64,000 nucleotides of DNA from Octopus sinensis. Its lineage: Eukaryota. This document shows, in pieces, positions 41,411 through 54,900 of this stretch (the first letter of the stretch is position 1; the number at the start of each line of letters is the position of its first letter). A model generated the notes under the pieces. The model had not been told where the DNA came from. It saw nothing but the letters and a program-made list of their open reading frames with translations, and ran no database searches. Made by a program: the position numbers and the translations under genes. The stretch lies in assembly GCF_006345805.1 (NCBI RefSeq), contig NC_043005.1:63860001-63924000 (forward strand). The letters are read 5' to 3'.

Positions 41411-42692
41411 CTCCCCCCTCTTCATCTAACCCCCTCCCCTCTCCTCTCTCCTTCTTACACCTACTTCCTCCCTCCCTCCCACCTCTCCTCTATTGCTCCG
41501 ACTCCTCTTTACTCCCACTCTCCTCTTTTGATAGTTGAGATATTAGTTATTGATATATTTAATGCTTTAACCGATTTCACAGTTTACACTGATTTTCAAA
41601 AATGATCAAATAGAAAGGCATGACTTATGTCTTGCTTCTGAATAGTGTTTGAAGCTTAGCTTGTCCTGTTTTTATAGGGAGTTTCTGGCTCAAATTAGTA
41701 TATGTTTTGAAGAGAATTTGATTGGTGGAGGATAGTCACATGACTGGTCTTAGAAATCTTTGTAGGTTCCCCGCTATGTCCACGTGTAAGTATCAAGTGA
41801 CAATGTTTTACATCGTAAGTTAAGGCTGACCCGGTTGATTGCACATGTCAAAATAATCAATGCTCTGAATGCTTTCTGTCAAGTGCATTTTCAACTTCTG
41901 TTTTTCCCATGTATCAGGCATGCAGTGACCGACAACAGAATGTTATAGTCGAGACCACTGCGTCTCTGACAATATATGTCTAGTTTGCGAATAAAGGTGT
42001 AAGGGACCCGTGGGCGTTCGCGTGGTGATCGCGTTTTAGTGGTGAATTTTCATTTATTATCGTGCGTGCTTGTTTTGTTTGATGTGTCGAAGTGGAAGAG
42101 GAAGCTAATGAGTGTACGTCTGTGTGTGTGAGTGAGTTTGTGTATGTGTTGTGCTTGTGTGAGTGTGCGTGTGCGTAGCGTGTTCTGTTTTATGTATATA
42201 TCTTTGTGGAGGAAGCTACTGGGTGTATGTGTATGTGTGTGAGTGTGTGTGTGAGCGTGCTTTTATGTATTTATACGTGGGGAATGTAGATATAACAAAA
42301 ACAATGTCACATTTTAAACTGTACGCATATTTGCCCTTACCTGCCTCGTTTGTGTATGTAAAATCTGTAAATTTCCAAGAAAATGAGATGAATGTCGAAA
42401 AACCCGTATTAGTTATAATAGTCCATGTGTATGCACACGCGCATACTCATGCACACACACAAGAACAAGCACTCATACATATGCACATACACACACAAGA
42501 ATAAGTACGCGTACACACACACACAAGAACAAGCACTCATACACATGCACATACACACACAGGAATAAGTACGCGTACACACACACACACACACACAGAC
42601 ATACATACATACATTAACTTCCACACCATTAGGAGAAATACGGTATATATATAATATTACAAGCGTTGCCTTGAAAAGTACAAAACTAGACA

Positions 42693-43110
42693 TGAAAACT
42701 GCGTACGCTCAAAACAGTTACAGAATGTCATGATAAACCTTAAAATTATGGGACTAACATTGTTGCTCAAAAATATTGGAGTCACTATATGTTGGACCTT
42801 CTGTGGTATCCTTTTATCACAAGAAATTTGTTTACTTCATCGACATCAAGTCATATTAAGAAACGCTGAAGTTAAATTATCGTGTCCTCAGTTTTAACAA
42901 AACATTTATGTATATATACTAATGTGATATTTACGAAATAATTCAATCTATGAAAGATAATTTCGATGAACTAAAATTTCTTGTGATAGAAGAATGCCAC
43001 AGAATGTACAGCATAGAGTGATTCCAGTATTTTTGAGCAACTATGCTAGTCCCATACTTTTTAAGGTTTATTATAACATTCTGTAACCCTTTTGAGCATG
43101 CGCATTTTCA
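42693..43110. mobile_element. MITE-like element with ~150-bp imperfect terminal inverted repeats
   Basis: 42693-42843 is a diverged reverse complement of 42963-43110. Confidence 0.8.
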
Positions 43111-43114
43111 ATAA

Positions 43115-43440
43115 TCTCTTATTATAAAAGGCAGATTTTATCTGCCTCCCTTTGGGAGTTATACAAATCTACAATATAGGATTTCTTCAATTACAATTTA
43201 CCTAGCATTTTTGAGAGTACAATGCATCGCGTCATGCCAGGTCCAGTTTTTAAAATTTAAACTCCAATTAAGCAAAATTTACAGAAAACTCACATTCTGG
43301 TGTGTGTGTCAAATGCTTTTCTTAGTCTGGTTTACACCACACGCAAACGCACACACACAGTGGGCAACGAATAAAATGAAAGTAAATAGCAACAGAGTGA
43401 TTTGAGGAAGACTAAAGTGAAAGTATTCTGTCTATGACGC
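43115..43440 (+). mobile_element. probable non-autonomous Helitron 5' fragment
   Basis: A|TCTCTTATTATAAAAGGCAG start with a nearby AGGCAGAT..ATCTGCCT hairpin; no 3' CTAG end identified. Confidence 0.45.
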
Positions 43441-43685
43441 TGATAGATACATGAGTAAAATGTATGGGAAGCTAAGAGCTAAGAGTGAGTGAAAATGTTC
43501 TTGGAAGAGAGTAATTAGTAATAAAGTAAACATACACTCATACATACATACATACATACATACATACATACATACATACATACATACATACATACACACA
43601 CACACATACACACACACATACATACACACACACATACATACATACACACATACATACATACATACATATACATACATACATACGT

Positions 43686-43722
<37 letters not shown>

Positions 43723-43914
43723 CAGTATTGAAGCTTGATAACAATCAGATACATTTGCAACACATCTGTTGAAAATATTATTGTTCACACACATACATAT
43801 ACATATATACATACAGACAGACAGACAGATAGACACACACACACACACACACACGCACACACATGATCCAGCATGGCCACAACCTCAAGGCTGAAACATA
43901 TAAAAGAATAACAG

Positions 43915-44280
43915 AATATAAATGTGTGCAAAGTACAAGAAATATTAATGCAGTATATGGGGATTGGACAATAAGCGTAAGGCAGTGTCAATGGTGGTTC
44001 CAGAAATCCCGAGCCATAAACTACAGCCTAGAAGACGAGCCTCATCCTGAAAGATCTGTAGAACTCGACAAGGACATACTGAAAACCCTGGTGGAACAAA
44101 ATATCATCGTAACTGTTGAGGAACTAGCAGAGAAGCTTGGATTTGGTCATTCAACCATTCATTGACACCTGTGTGCTATCGGAAAAGTCAGCAAATTGGG
44201 TCAATGGGTTCCTCACGAACTTTCCGAGTCTAATTGCATGCAGAGAGTGAATGTATGCTTTTCTTTGCTGTCATATCTCA
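43915..44280 (+). mobile_element. mariner transposase N-terminal fragment
   Basis: NINAVYGD..QWWFQK..SLEDEPH..TVEELAEKL..GKVSKLGQWVPHEL. Confidence 0.9.
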
Positions 44281-44300
44281 CCACTACTGCGCTATGTATA

Positions 44301-44936
44301 TCTATATATATAAAACTGTAGTTGTGTGAGTGTCTGTCCCCTTCGATTTAGATTCCTAACTACTCCCACATTTTGCGGTACAGTTTAACCAAATTCGGGT
44401 AGCTTATAGTCGTGATTCATATCGAGCCGGTCTGAATATTAGCGCGCGTCTACGATGAGTCTACGATTTAAAAATAATTTAACATCATTTTTTATTCCAT
44501 TTTAATGCATAATTTTTCGTGTGTCGATGGCGGCGGAGTTGGCGTCCACGCTCACACCTGCACCTGTGGGGAAGGGAGTGTAAGGAAATCAACGTCGTAA
44601 TGCGTTGTCAAGGAGACCAGTGTTCTTTTAGAACAACGACTTCATGGCTTGAAGACACCAAAACAGAAATGGCTAAGAAAGCGTCTACATGAGTCTACGA
44701 TTTAAAAAAAAATTTACCATCGTTTTTTTTCCATTTTTAATGCATTTTTTCGCTATTATATAAGGGAAGTAACTCTCTAAAAATGTCTACGATGAGTCAA
44801 CGATTTTAAAAAAAAATTTGCCATCATATTTTTCCATTTTTAATGCATTTTTTGCTATTTTTTGGCTATAACTCTCTAAAAATGCTTATATAGTTATTTC
44901 CCTTACAAACCCGAGCAACGCCGGGCGATACTGCTA

Positions 44937-44937
<1 letters not shown>
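44301..44937 (+). mobile_element. complete non-autonomous Helitron
   Basis: Inserted between A and T; 5' TCTATATATATAAAA; 3' hairpin CCCGAGCAACGCCGGG (44910-44925) then CTAG; three internal GTCTACGATGAGTC... subrepeats. Confidence 0.9.
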
Positions 44938-45002
<65 letters not shown>

Positions 45003-45753
45003 GGTGCGTCATATATCTGAGGACAGATTTTGTTTATAAAACAACAGATATATATAATAACAGATATTAATTTTATTTATCAAAAAGTGTTATGAGGATA
45101 AAAATAAACTCTCACACACACGTATATATCTACGTATATATATGTAATTATATATATGTGTGTATTTTTGTTTGTGTGTGTGAGTGCGCATATATATATA
45201 TAGACATAATATATAGATACATGAATATATGTATGTATATAGAATTACGTTGTTGAATAAATGGTGCTTGCCATTTAGGAACATGCACATACCATGACAT
45301 TCTTTTTACATTTATTCCATAACATTTGCGCAAACTATAAAGTGCCAAAAATTCTCGTAGGCCATCTGCGACATGATCACTGACTAGTTTCAGTACGTCT
45401 ATTAAAAGCCGGTTATTAATCAGATTTTGAAAACTTTGATCTGTTTTTTCCTATATTAGATGTTTTCCATTTATTATTTACGTTCTTTTAAAAATGGAAG
45501 TTACAACTGAATGATAACTGATATAATCGAATACGTTTGAATACAGCGTTACGAGCCCAATATCAGTTTGTATCCAATAACTCTTGTATAAAAAAAGATG
45601 TCACAGAACCCAGAGTGTAAAATTTTGCTTCACTCGTTAGCGATCAGCTAATAGATAATAAAGAGTGTCAGAATACCCAACACATTATGAAGAATCCTTA
45701 AAGACAAAACACTTCTCAAGATATGCTTTAGTTTCACTTTCTTCCAGTAAATA

Positions 45754-46284
45754 TTGGATTATCCGGTAAGTTTGTGCCGATTTATAGTAGCTTACCTTTC
45801 GACTTATTTTAGAACATGGTTGAGTCCATAAAATAGGATTTGACTGCACCTCCATTTAGAGCACAAGTTACGCTGGATGAAGGTTTATGTTCCTATAACC
45901 TGTGTTAATTCTGTAACCCTTTAAAATGGAAGATAAGAAAATTCATTTTCGGCACTTGATGCTAATCTTTTACTGTAAAGGGAAAAATGCCTCACAAGCA
46001 ACGAAAGAAATATGCGCAGTTTACGGTGATGTTTCTTTATCCGAAAGAAGAATTGTACGGAAGTGGTTCGCAAGGTTCCGAGCTGGAGATTGTAACCTCA
46101 TTGATAAAGAACGAACAGGCAGAACATCCGCTATAGATGTTGACCAAATCAAGTCATTAATTGAGAATAATCCGCATTGCACATCAGTCATTCATGAGCA
46201 CCTGGTAAAGCTTGGGTAATGGCAAGTATTTATTGACCTTTTTCTTTCCTTTAGAAATCGGCACGAACTTTCTGGACAACCCAA
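45754..46284 (+). mobile_element. internally deleted mariner with both TIRs
   Basis: TA|TTGGATTATCCGGTAAGTTTGTGCCGATTT ... AAATCGGCACGAACTTTCTGGACAACCCAA|TA; ORF 45926-46219 MEDKKIHFRHLML..KWFARFRAGD. Confidence 0.92.
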
Positions 46285-46607
46285 TACATCAGTGAGAAGA
46301 TGGACTTGATACAGTGTCGGCCAAAATGACTCCCGCTATTTATTTATTGTTCTCTACCTGCTGAGTTTAAATTCGTCGAAGCTCACTTTATTTTCATTGA
46401 TCTTTAACTTGATAAAATTAAGTACCAATCATTATATACCAGAGGTTTTTATTGTTAGCTCCTCATTCGGATACTAAACAACAGAAACAACAAAAGTATT
46501 TGTTGTTATTGATATTGTTCGTTGATCCCCAAATCATCCTTTATTAAGTATCCTTGTATTCAATGACGTTTTCAGTAGTGACCATCATATCTCCCCCGTA
46601 CTTGCAA

Positions 46608-46873
46608 TAAAGGGTAAAGACCCCCTTCGGTCATGAATGACCATGGGATTGCACCTAGAAAGTTACCTTCCTAGATACAAGTCTGGGCAAGGTTGTTTAT
46701 GGGAGGCCAGCAGTCGCCCATGCATACCAGCCTCCCCTCTCCACGCCACCAGTGTTATCCAAGGGAAAGACAAAGGTCGATACAGCTTGGCACCAGTGAC
46801 GTCGCAACTCATTTCTACAGCTGAGTGAACTGGAGCAACGTGAAATAAAGTGCCTTGCTCGAGAACACAACAC
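46608..46873 (-). mobile_element. 5'-truncated CORE-like SINE
   Basis: Minus strand GAGCAAGGCACTTTATTTCACGTTGCTCCAGTTCACTCAGCTGTAGAAATGAG (CORE-like); interrupts the duplicated segment. Confidence 0.65.
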
Positions 46874-48304
46874 TTGCAATAGTACTCCCAGAACCACATT
46901 ATTTGTCTCCTTTATATGCATGATAGCATGGTGTAGTTTAAGTGAGATTTGACTATATTTCGCAATACATAAAACATTTTGAACAATCTTTAAAAACAAA
47001 ACACTTGTCAAGTTATGCTGTTGAAAATTTTCCAAGCTTCTCAGTGAATTAGAATCTATGAAAGATTTTGCGAATGTGTCATCCTGCATCTCGAATTGGC
47101 AGTTATGCAAGCTGTTAATAACTTACGACCATTCAACTAGATTAACCTAGATGGTGCAAATCAATTGATATTATACTTTATGTCAGCAAAGATTTCAACT
47201 AACCAACATAATAACAATAAAATTTCTCAACACTCTTTAGACCATTGCAGCGTCAAGTGGAATCACTCGTTAAGCTACTATGATATAGTCAAAGAACTTC
47301 CAATCGTTTTTGTCTTCCACTTTTATTCAAGACTTTGCAGCAACATGAGCGTCCTTGTTTAAGATAGAAAATAGTTGCTTTGAAGAACAGTACTCTGCTT
47401 CTTTTTGCAGGTCTTGCGACCGTGTAAATTCTCTCTTGTTATTACTGCTGGAGCTAGTAGTGGTGTTATTAGTGGTTTTTAGCTTAATGCTAAGCTGACA
47501 TTTCCGCAATTCCCTCGTTTTTATTCAGTAATAGTATATCTAGCAGTACACTATCAATGCGCACATTTTTGAAGGAAGTCGCATAGGATTTAAGAGACAT
47601 TTGGCTGATGTTTCTAGCATTGTAGTAGTAACGATCCTTTCTCTTCTATTTCAGGGAAAATGCTATCTAATGTACGCTTTTTTTATATACGTTACTAGGT
47701 GTGAATTAGAAAAGAATTATTATAATTTTTACCAGATCAAGCGACCACGTTGAAGTATTTTGGAGCATGTTAGATTAAAGTGAAAGCAGCAGTATAACAG
47801 GGGAATATTTCAGGAATAGAAGCGGCTATGTATATGAAAATATTGTATATCTGTGCGGAGCTTTAAGAGAATGCAAAGCTTTGCACCATAATATTCAAAT
47901 TCAAGAAATTCAAGGGCAATTTTAAAATGTGTATGGTTAACATCGTATTAAACAATCTGTGTGGGGATGTATTTGAAGTTTCAGGAAGTAATTAATTCGT
48001 TATGGTTCGTGGAGACAGAGAGGTCGACATATTACATAAAGCTAACCGAAACACGGAAAGTGAATTACGGGCAAGGATTGCTAGAGTTGATGATGCTGAT
48101 AATGGTATCAAGTCGGCATTCAACGTATTATCTGTAGATTTCAATTATAACCTTTGCCAGATATTCGAAAATATGTTTTCAAACTATAGTAGGCTGATGT
48201 ACCTTGGGTTAAATTTCTTTCCGTAACTGCTTCATTTAGTTTTTAATAAAAAAAAACAACACCGGAAGGAGAAAGTGTTTAGTGTGAGCCTTAATTGGAT
48301 TTAA

Positions 48305-48524
48305 CCCATTAATACATAACGTTCAGAAAAATGGACGCAGGAAACGTTACTATTGCTCGTTAAGTAACTACCAATTGAGCTTATTTTTGGTATAGTCTGC
48401 CTCTAAACTAGTGCTCTATGAGTGAGCAAGTGCTGCATACAAACAAACCAACTATACACACGTACGAAACAAGTAAATACTAATTTTCCTGCATCCATTT
48501 TTCTGGACGCTACATATTAATGGG
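48305..48524. mobile_element. piggyBac-type MITE (220 bp)
   Basis: TTAA|CCC...GGG|TTAA with ~40-bp TIRs CCCATTAATA..CAGAAAAATGGA(C/T)GCAGGAAA. Confidence 0.88.
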
Positions 48525-48784
48525 TTAAAGGAGGAATGTAATGATAATGGATTTGAGTATTGAAATGGACAAAGTGCTAAGGTAAGCTAGGCATTCGCGT
48601 TTAATCACAGTATAGAAGGATTTTATATCGATGGCAAATGATGGGCGAGGCGACCTGGACTTAAGTAAGAAGAATTAATATAGGGTAAACCATGGTTGGT
48701 ATCTTTCTGCAACGTCCATACTGCTAGAAATGATACATTGCTCGAGGCTTGTTTATACGTAGGTATTATGCTGAGGTTTGTTTA

Positions 48785-49190
48785 GGCAGTTATCTTGCAC
48801 TTATCTGGCAGAATCTTTAGAACGCCAGAAAAAAATGCTTCGCGGCATTTCGACCGTCTTTAATTTCTGAGTTCAAAATCCTCCGGGGTTGACTTTGCTT
48901 TTCATCCTTTTGGAGTTGAATAAATGAGTACCAGTTGAACACTAGGGTCAATGTAATCGATTTTACCATTCACCTGAAATTGCTGGTCTTTGCCTAAATT
49001 TGAAGCCATTATGACGAGGTTTGTTAGGTAGCTAGAGAGAAGAATCGTTAGCACGGCTTTAGTTCAAATTCCGCCAGGTCGACTTTGCCTTTCGGTATCG
49101 ATGTAATAAGTATCAGCCGAACACTGGGGTCATTGTAACCGACTAAGCCCCTCCCTAAACATTTTAGGTCTTGTACCTACAGTAGAAAAT
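48785..49190 (+). mobile_element. two diverged Deu/Nin-like SINEs in series
   Basis: Two GACTTTGC(C/T)TTTC cores separated by ATTATGACGAGGTTTGT. Confidence 0.75.
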
Positions 49191-50351
49191 ATTATGACGA
49201 GGTTTGTAGCAATAATTGAGAGATACTCTTTGAAAACGATTGTATTTTATATTCGTATGTCACGATGTTTGTTAAATGAAATCTCATCCCTGAAAAAAAG
49301 TCTTTATTTGCATTTAAATTATAATTATCAAAATTCCTTCTCAATTCTTTTGTGAGAGTTCTAACAAAATTCAACGGAATAGCAGGTGTTCGTTTCAAAA
49401 TCGGTTTTTTGTTATTTACTTGATACAAACAGATCTCGGCATAGAAATGTAGAAGTATAGGAAATGAGCTGACTCGAGTTATAATGGTGTAGATGCTGTT
49501 TTCTTGTGGGAATTCTGTATATACCTTTATGACATGTTATATTTTGTTTGGAAGCTAGTAGTGTTATTGTTTAAAGTATCGGGTTTAACGGACTAGATTC
49601 TCTCATTGATTGCCTGGCAAAGTATTTTATAGTATAGAAAAAGATTATTCACACTCGAAGTTAATAGAATTTTGCAGTTTGCACCTGAAAGCTTTTAACT
49701 CAGGAAAACAACTTGAATACTTAATTGTAAGATGGAATCTAAGCATTGAATTACTCTTAACAGAGACACTTAATTTTACTTCTAAAATCTGGATAATTTT
49801 AGTTCCAGTGTAAGATACTTTTAAAACACAGTAGATGATTATTAAAGTTATCTGTTTCCAGCTGAGACAGAGTCATTTATAGAAATTTTTTACAAAGTTT
49901 CTTGGCAAAATACATTTCGTTGGACACAATATCGCTACATTACTGACAGATAATAGTGAAGGTTGATGTGAGGATTTTCAAACACTTCTTGGCATATTAT
50001 CAAGGCAATTAACTTCTATCAATACCTTCACAGAATGCAAGAACATGGTAAAGTTTAATGTTCTTGATCCAACTTATTTTCTTATACGGTGAGATATTCA
50101 TATTACACCTGAATTGAATAGTTAAACCTAGCTGTGAGTTCCTGGTAGGATGTTAAGAATGTTAAGAATATTAATAAAATCTTGATATGATGATAAAATA
50201 CTCTTCCATAATAAAAAGTTGTTTTGCTTATATCCATGAATATATGCATAAACCCTAAAACTGAGATTTTCTATTTCTTTAAAGGTATCTATTTAAACAA
50301 ATATGTTTATGAATTTATGCAAATAAACGCACAAACACACACACCTATAGA

Positions 50352-50730
50352 GGCAAGGAGTAGCGCCTATAGGTGGTAAATAGCTTGCTTACCAACCACA
50401 TGGTCCCAAGTTCAGTCCCACTGCGTGGAAACTTCGGCAAGTGTCTTCTATTGTATCCTCGGGCCGACCAAAGACTTTTGAGTGGATTTGGTAGATGAAA
50501 CTGTAAGAAGCCCGTCGTATATGTGTGTGTGTCTTTGTCCCCATAACATCGCTTAACAAGCGATGAAGGTGTGTTTACATCCCCGTAACTTAGCGGTTCG
50601 GCAAAAGAAACCGATAGAATAAGTACTTGGCTTACAAAGAATAAGTCCTGGGGTCGATTTGTTCGAATAAAGGCGGTGCTTCAACATGGCCGCAGTCAAA
50701 TGACTGAAATAGGTAAAAGAATAAAAGAAT
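50352..50730 (+). mobile_element. second-family tRNA-derived SINE, near full length
   Basis: GTGGTAAATAGCTTGCTTACCAACCACATGGT..GTTCAGTCCCAC head; AAAAGAAT tail repeats; multiple homologues in the window. Confidence 0.85.
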
Positions 50731-50949
50731 AGGAGAATATATATGCATGTATGTATGTATGCATGTATATACACGCATACATACACGTACAAATAGGTGT
50801 GCGTAAGTATACATGTATGAGTATGTATGGGCATATGTATATATATATGCGTGTGTTTGCATTTGTGTGTATATATGAGTGTTTGTGTGATTGCGTGCGT
50901 GCGTGCGTGTGTGTGTATATCTGTGTGCGTGAGTGTGTGCGCGTATGTT

Positions 50950-50982
<33 letters not shown>

Positions 50983-51031
50983 ATGTGTGTGTGTGAGAAG
51001 TATGACATGCTTATATATATTCTCAATACCT

Positions 51032-51184
51032 CAAACTCCACCGAAGTCGACTTTGCTTTTCATCCTTTCGGGGTCGATAAATAAAGTACCAGTTTTGCAC
51101 TGGGGTGGATGTAATCGACTTAATCCTTTTGTCTGTCTTTGTTTGTCCCTTCTATGTTTAGCCTCTTGTGGGTAGTAAAGAAAT
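51032..51184 (+). mobile_element. 5'-truncated Deu/Nin-like SINE
   Basis: Core and tail present; TSD ATATATTCTCAATACCT at 51015-51031 and 52398-52414. Confidence 0.85.
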
Positions 51185-51188
51185 ATAT

Positions 51189-52397
51189 TGTTACGGTTGG
51201 CTAGGTGCATTTCTGGTGACCCACATAGGAATAATGGTTCCAGTATGTCTGGTGAAAATGTGACAGTCTTTTGTCTAATGGAGGACTAATGGGTTTTGGA
51301 ATGACCTGTGACCTCGTGCAGCTGAGAAGAGGGTCAGGAGAATGTGAGGGAGGAAGACAGATTAAGGGAATCTAAGAGCAGATGGAGAGGGTATTGACAG
51401 CAAGAGAGAAGGACAGGCAGAGAGTATGGTAGAGCTGTCATGAGAGAGATAGAGTATAAGACTAAGGGACAGTAGGCGATAGCGATAGAGTAAGAGCAGA
51501 GGGCAAATAGAAAGGATAAGCAGTAAGGGACAGATTGAGGATATAGATAGTGTATAAGGACCAGGGCAGTTAGAGAGGGTGTGAGCGATAAGTGGGAGAG
51601 GAGGGAGTGGAAGCAAGGACAGAGAGACGAAGTGTGGTTCTAGCAGTTGGTAGTTGGTCGTCGAAGAACACAGACGGATCTTGCGGTCGGTTGAGCGGTC
51701 GTGGAAGAACACAGACGGATCTTGGACAGATCAGCAGGGATCTTGGGATTTAAGGAGCAAGCGTTGGAATTCTTAGGAGCAAGTTGGATATGAGAAAGCT
51801 TGGCGGCACAGAAGGGAATTAGCAGTATTCAGAGGATTTAGCAGTATTGAGAGGAATGGGACACTGGCAGATTCAATTAGGAATTGAGGTATGTGTTTGT
51901 GCATTGATATGTGTCACGGTGTATTGAACAGTGAAGAGAACAGTCAAGGACTCTGTCGATATGTCGATTATCGAGCTGTGGTATCTATGTTCAGAATTGA
52001 GTAAAGGACTTGTTGATTGTGATGTTTAGGAAGAGACTTTAAAGAACTGTTGTCTTGGGACGTGTACTCTTGAATTGTTACATGATGTTGTATTATGCTT
52101 TGAGTTGTACTCTTGAAATGCTGTTGTATTATGTATTGAGTAGTCACGTGCATGCTTTGATGTATCTTGATGTTGTAACAATTGTAATTGTCGTATAAAC
52201 TGTTGTTTGAATATAAGCCAGTGTTGCCAGTTGTTGCCTTGCCTCTTTGGGTTGTATCTCGGGTTGTGCCTCTGTATCTCTGTGCTGTTGAGGTTGTGGC
52301 AGTATCTATCTGTATCTCCTCTCTCCGCCTCTTTGGGTTCCGTGGCGGAACTTGTGTGAGCCGTTCGGGACGGGCGACGACGGGTGATTCCGCAACA
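51189..52397. mobile_element. solo LTR (~1.2 kb), probably Gypsy-type
   Basis: TGTTACGG...CCGCAACA inverted termini (TG..CA), flanked by an ATAT(AT) duplication; no coding content. Confidence 0.75.
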
Positions 52398-53199
52398 ATA
52401 TATTCTCAATACCTACCGGCAGATTCGAGCGCAAATATTTGCTACTGTATACCTCACATGAAGCATCTTTCCGACGACAGTGTTCTTAAGTCACTTGATC
52501 CACTGGTATAAGTAATTCTGTGATACTGGTGTCTCGATGTGTTGTGTCTCCTAAACCACAAATATACGGATCTTTTAATCTAAACAAGAGCCGGTAACCA
52601 TGCTTATAGTTTCATTCGTTCACTGATTCGTGCTGATATTCGCCGACCGATAATACGTATTTTATTCGCTCAGTAAACGGTTCTTGTTCATAGTCAAACG
52701 TCTGGTACTTCTGACTGATGACTATTAAGTTGCTCAACCATCTCAATGCTTCATGGTTGACTCACAATGGTGTATTTAAGATATTATCATAGAACAAATA
52801 TAACGTTTATTTCCATTTTTTCGTAATTAATGTTCTAAAATATGATTAAATAGTAAATGTGTGAGCATGAGTGCACATGTGTGTATATGTAGGGTGTGTG
52901 AACTTAAATAAACTTTGATATATTTTGTTCTTTATTGGCTTACACCATATCAAACACTTAATAGGACTGCTTAGTAAGCTTCTTTAAGTCATGGTAATGT
53001 CATTATTTGTGTAACTGTACCTCACTCAACTAGAGAGTGATTGACCGAGACGAATCTTGGTTTTGGTAGTTTGTCTCGTATTCCTTGGAAAAATTTGTAT
53101 GAAATTGTTCAGATATTGTTTGAAAGTTATGTTTTTCTTTTTACCAGGTTTGTTTCGGGATGATATTTTTAAAAAAAAGCAGCGTAGGTTAAGGCAAAG

Positions 53200-54900
53200 T
53201 AGTTGTATTGTAATGTTTTTATGTGTTGTGAGACTGATTAGCGCAAGATGCGCATGATTCGGTGTTCCTAGTTTGGATGGATTTTAAGCTTGATGCTAAT
53301 ATCGTTTAGGCAACGTTTTTATTATATTTTTATGCTATGCTGTTGATGTAACGCTCACGGCGGTGCGGAAGGATTAAAATCTGAACGTTTCAAGGTGATC
53401 CCAATAATCAAGGCCCGTCATACCATTGTTTTTCTATAGATGTTTTGGAGTGGTTCAATTCTCATTAGGTTTTGTTTAGTATTAGGAACCCATTGGGTCA
53501 AAATTATTCTAGATGTGATCATACAAAGGAAAGAAGGGAAGGATGGCTGTATCTATATCTCTGAACAGTAAAGTTTAAATATGCAGGAGTGCATTCGACG
53601 AATCACATCACGTATGCTACTGATGCGGAGACTCAAACTAAGCTTATCGCCAACAATTGCTCCTAGAGCTCTAGTACTGTTAGATACTACAAATGCTTCA
53701 CTCGAGGGAAGAGTCAATGGTCGTTTGCTCAAGTAAACTTTATACAAAAGTCGTGAGTTCAAAGTTTTCCCTAGTTTATCAAAATATTGCTTTTCAAACT
53801 AGAGTTTTATTCGATCATCCCCTTCGATAAATGTTTGAAATCTTTTTTAAATATTTACATTTCGCAATGTTTTATGATATCCGTGATGCTATCTGTGGTT
53901 ACAAAGAATTCTAAATGCCAATAGTAACTTTAGCTAAACTTGAATGTATTTTATTAAATTCTGCTTACCACAATATTTTCATTCCAGCAAGGCAGCTTTC
54001 CACGAACTCCAGTGTTAAACAATTTCGACAGAAGAATATCGAAGGGCTAACTGAAGTCATGATATTTTATGTCCGCGTTTCTCCTTTCTCCTAAACCTTT
54101 TAAAATGTCAAAAAAGTGATGTAAAGCAGCATCAGCCACAACGTACGGTATGTTCGTTGTAAATTGAGATTGCTGCTCACCAGGAGGTTATTTGTTCTTC
54201 CCTTCATTATTCGTTCGAATATTTTGATGATATGAAACGTAAGACTAAGACGATATATTGGGATAGGAAGTGTTTCAGTAAATAGTTATGTCTACTGACC
54301 TCAACCACAGGTTATTTAGAGGAGATGCAACATGGTGTCGGTATGCTAGAAGAAAACTATCGGTGGCTGTTGCAAAGTAATATTTAATATCATTTATTGG
54401 TTTGATGAGATCTGGGATAACGAAGTTTATTTATATTGGTGATGATATGTCGCGGGAGGATTTTGCTGACACGGCTGAAGTCAATCTCAGTGAAAGTATT
54501 GAAGATAGAACAATGTTGTCTCAGCAAAATTTGTGTCATTTCCTTGGCAACGTTTTAGAAAATGCGGTTATCATTGATCAGTGGAGCAATGGGTGAAACA
54601 GCCGCTCTCGTAGATTTTGGCAAATGAGTAAAAAGCATTTGAGAGATGTTGGGTTTTCTTATAGACCAAGTCCTTCTCTGTAGCCATTTTATTTTTGGTG
54701 TGAGTTTTCATGTTGTTATGCAGCCGATATATTTGTGACAGTTTTTTGTTGCAGACAATTGCAGGTGTCGCTTCTTGAGGAGTTTTAGTTCATAATTTTT
54801 TTCATCAATCTTTTAAGTTTCTTGGTGAAAACTATTTTCTCTCACGGTAGCCTATGCTTACTTTTTAAAATATACCTCCATGTGTTAACATTTACCTCCT
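53200..54900 (-). mobile_element. highly degenerate CR1-group LINE
   Basis: Minus-strand fragments FYSFAK, HIIKIFERIM, NADIKYHDFS, ILLSKLFNTGVRGKL and GMTGLDYWDHLET parallel the intact element at 61.6-64 kb. Confidence 0.7.

Noticed and set aside
44448-44880. Spaced direct repeats superficially like a CRISPR array
   Set aside because: Irregular internal subrepeats of a Helitron in eukaryotic DNA; no cas genes.
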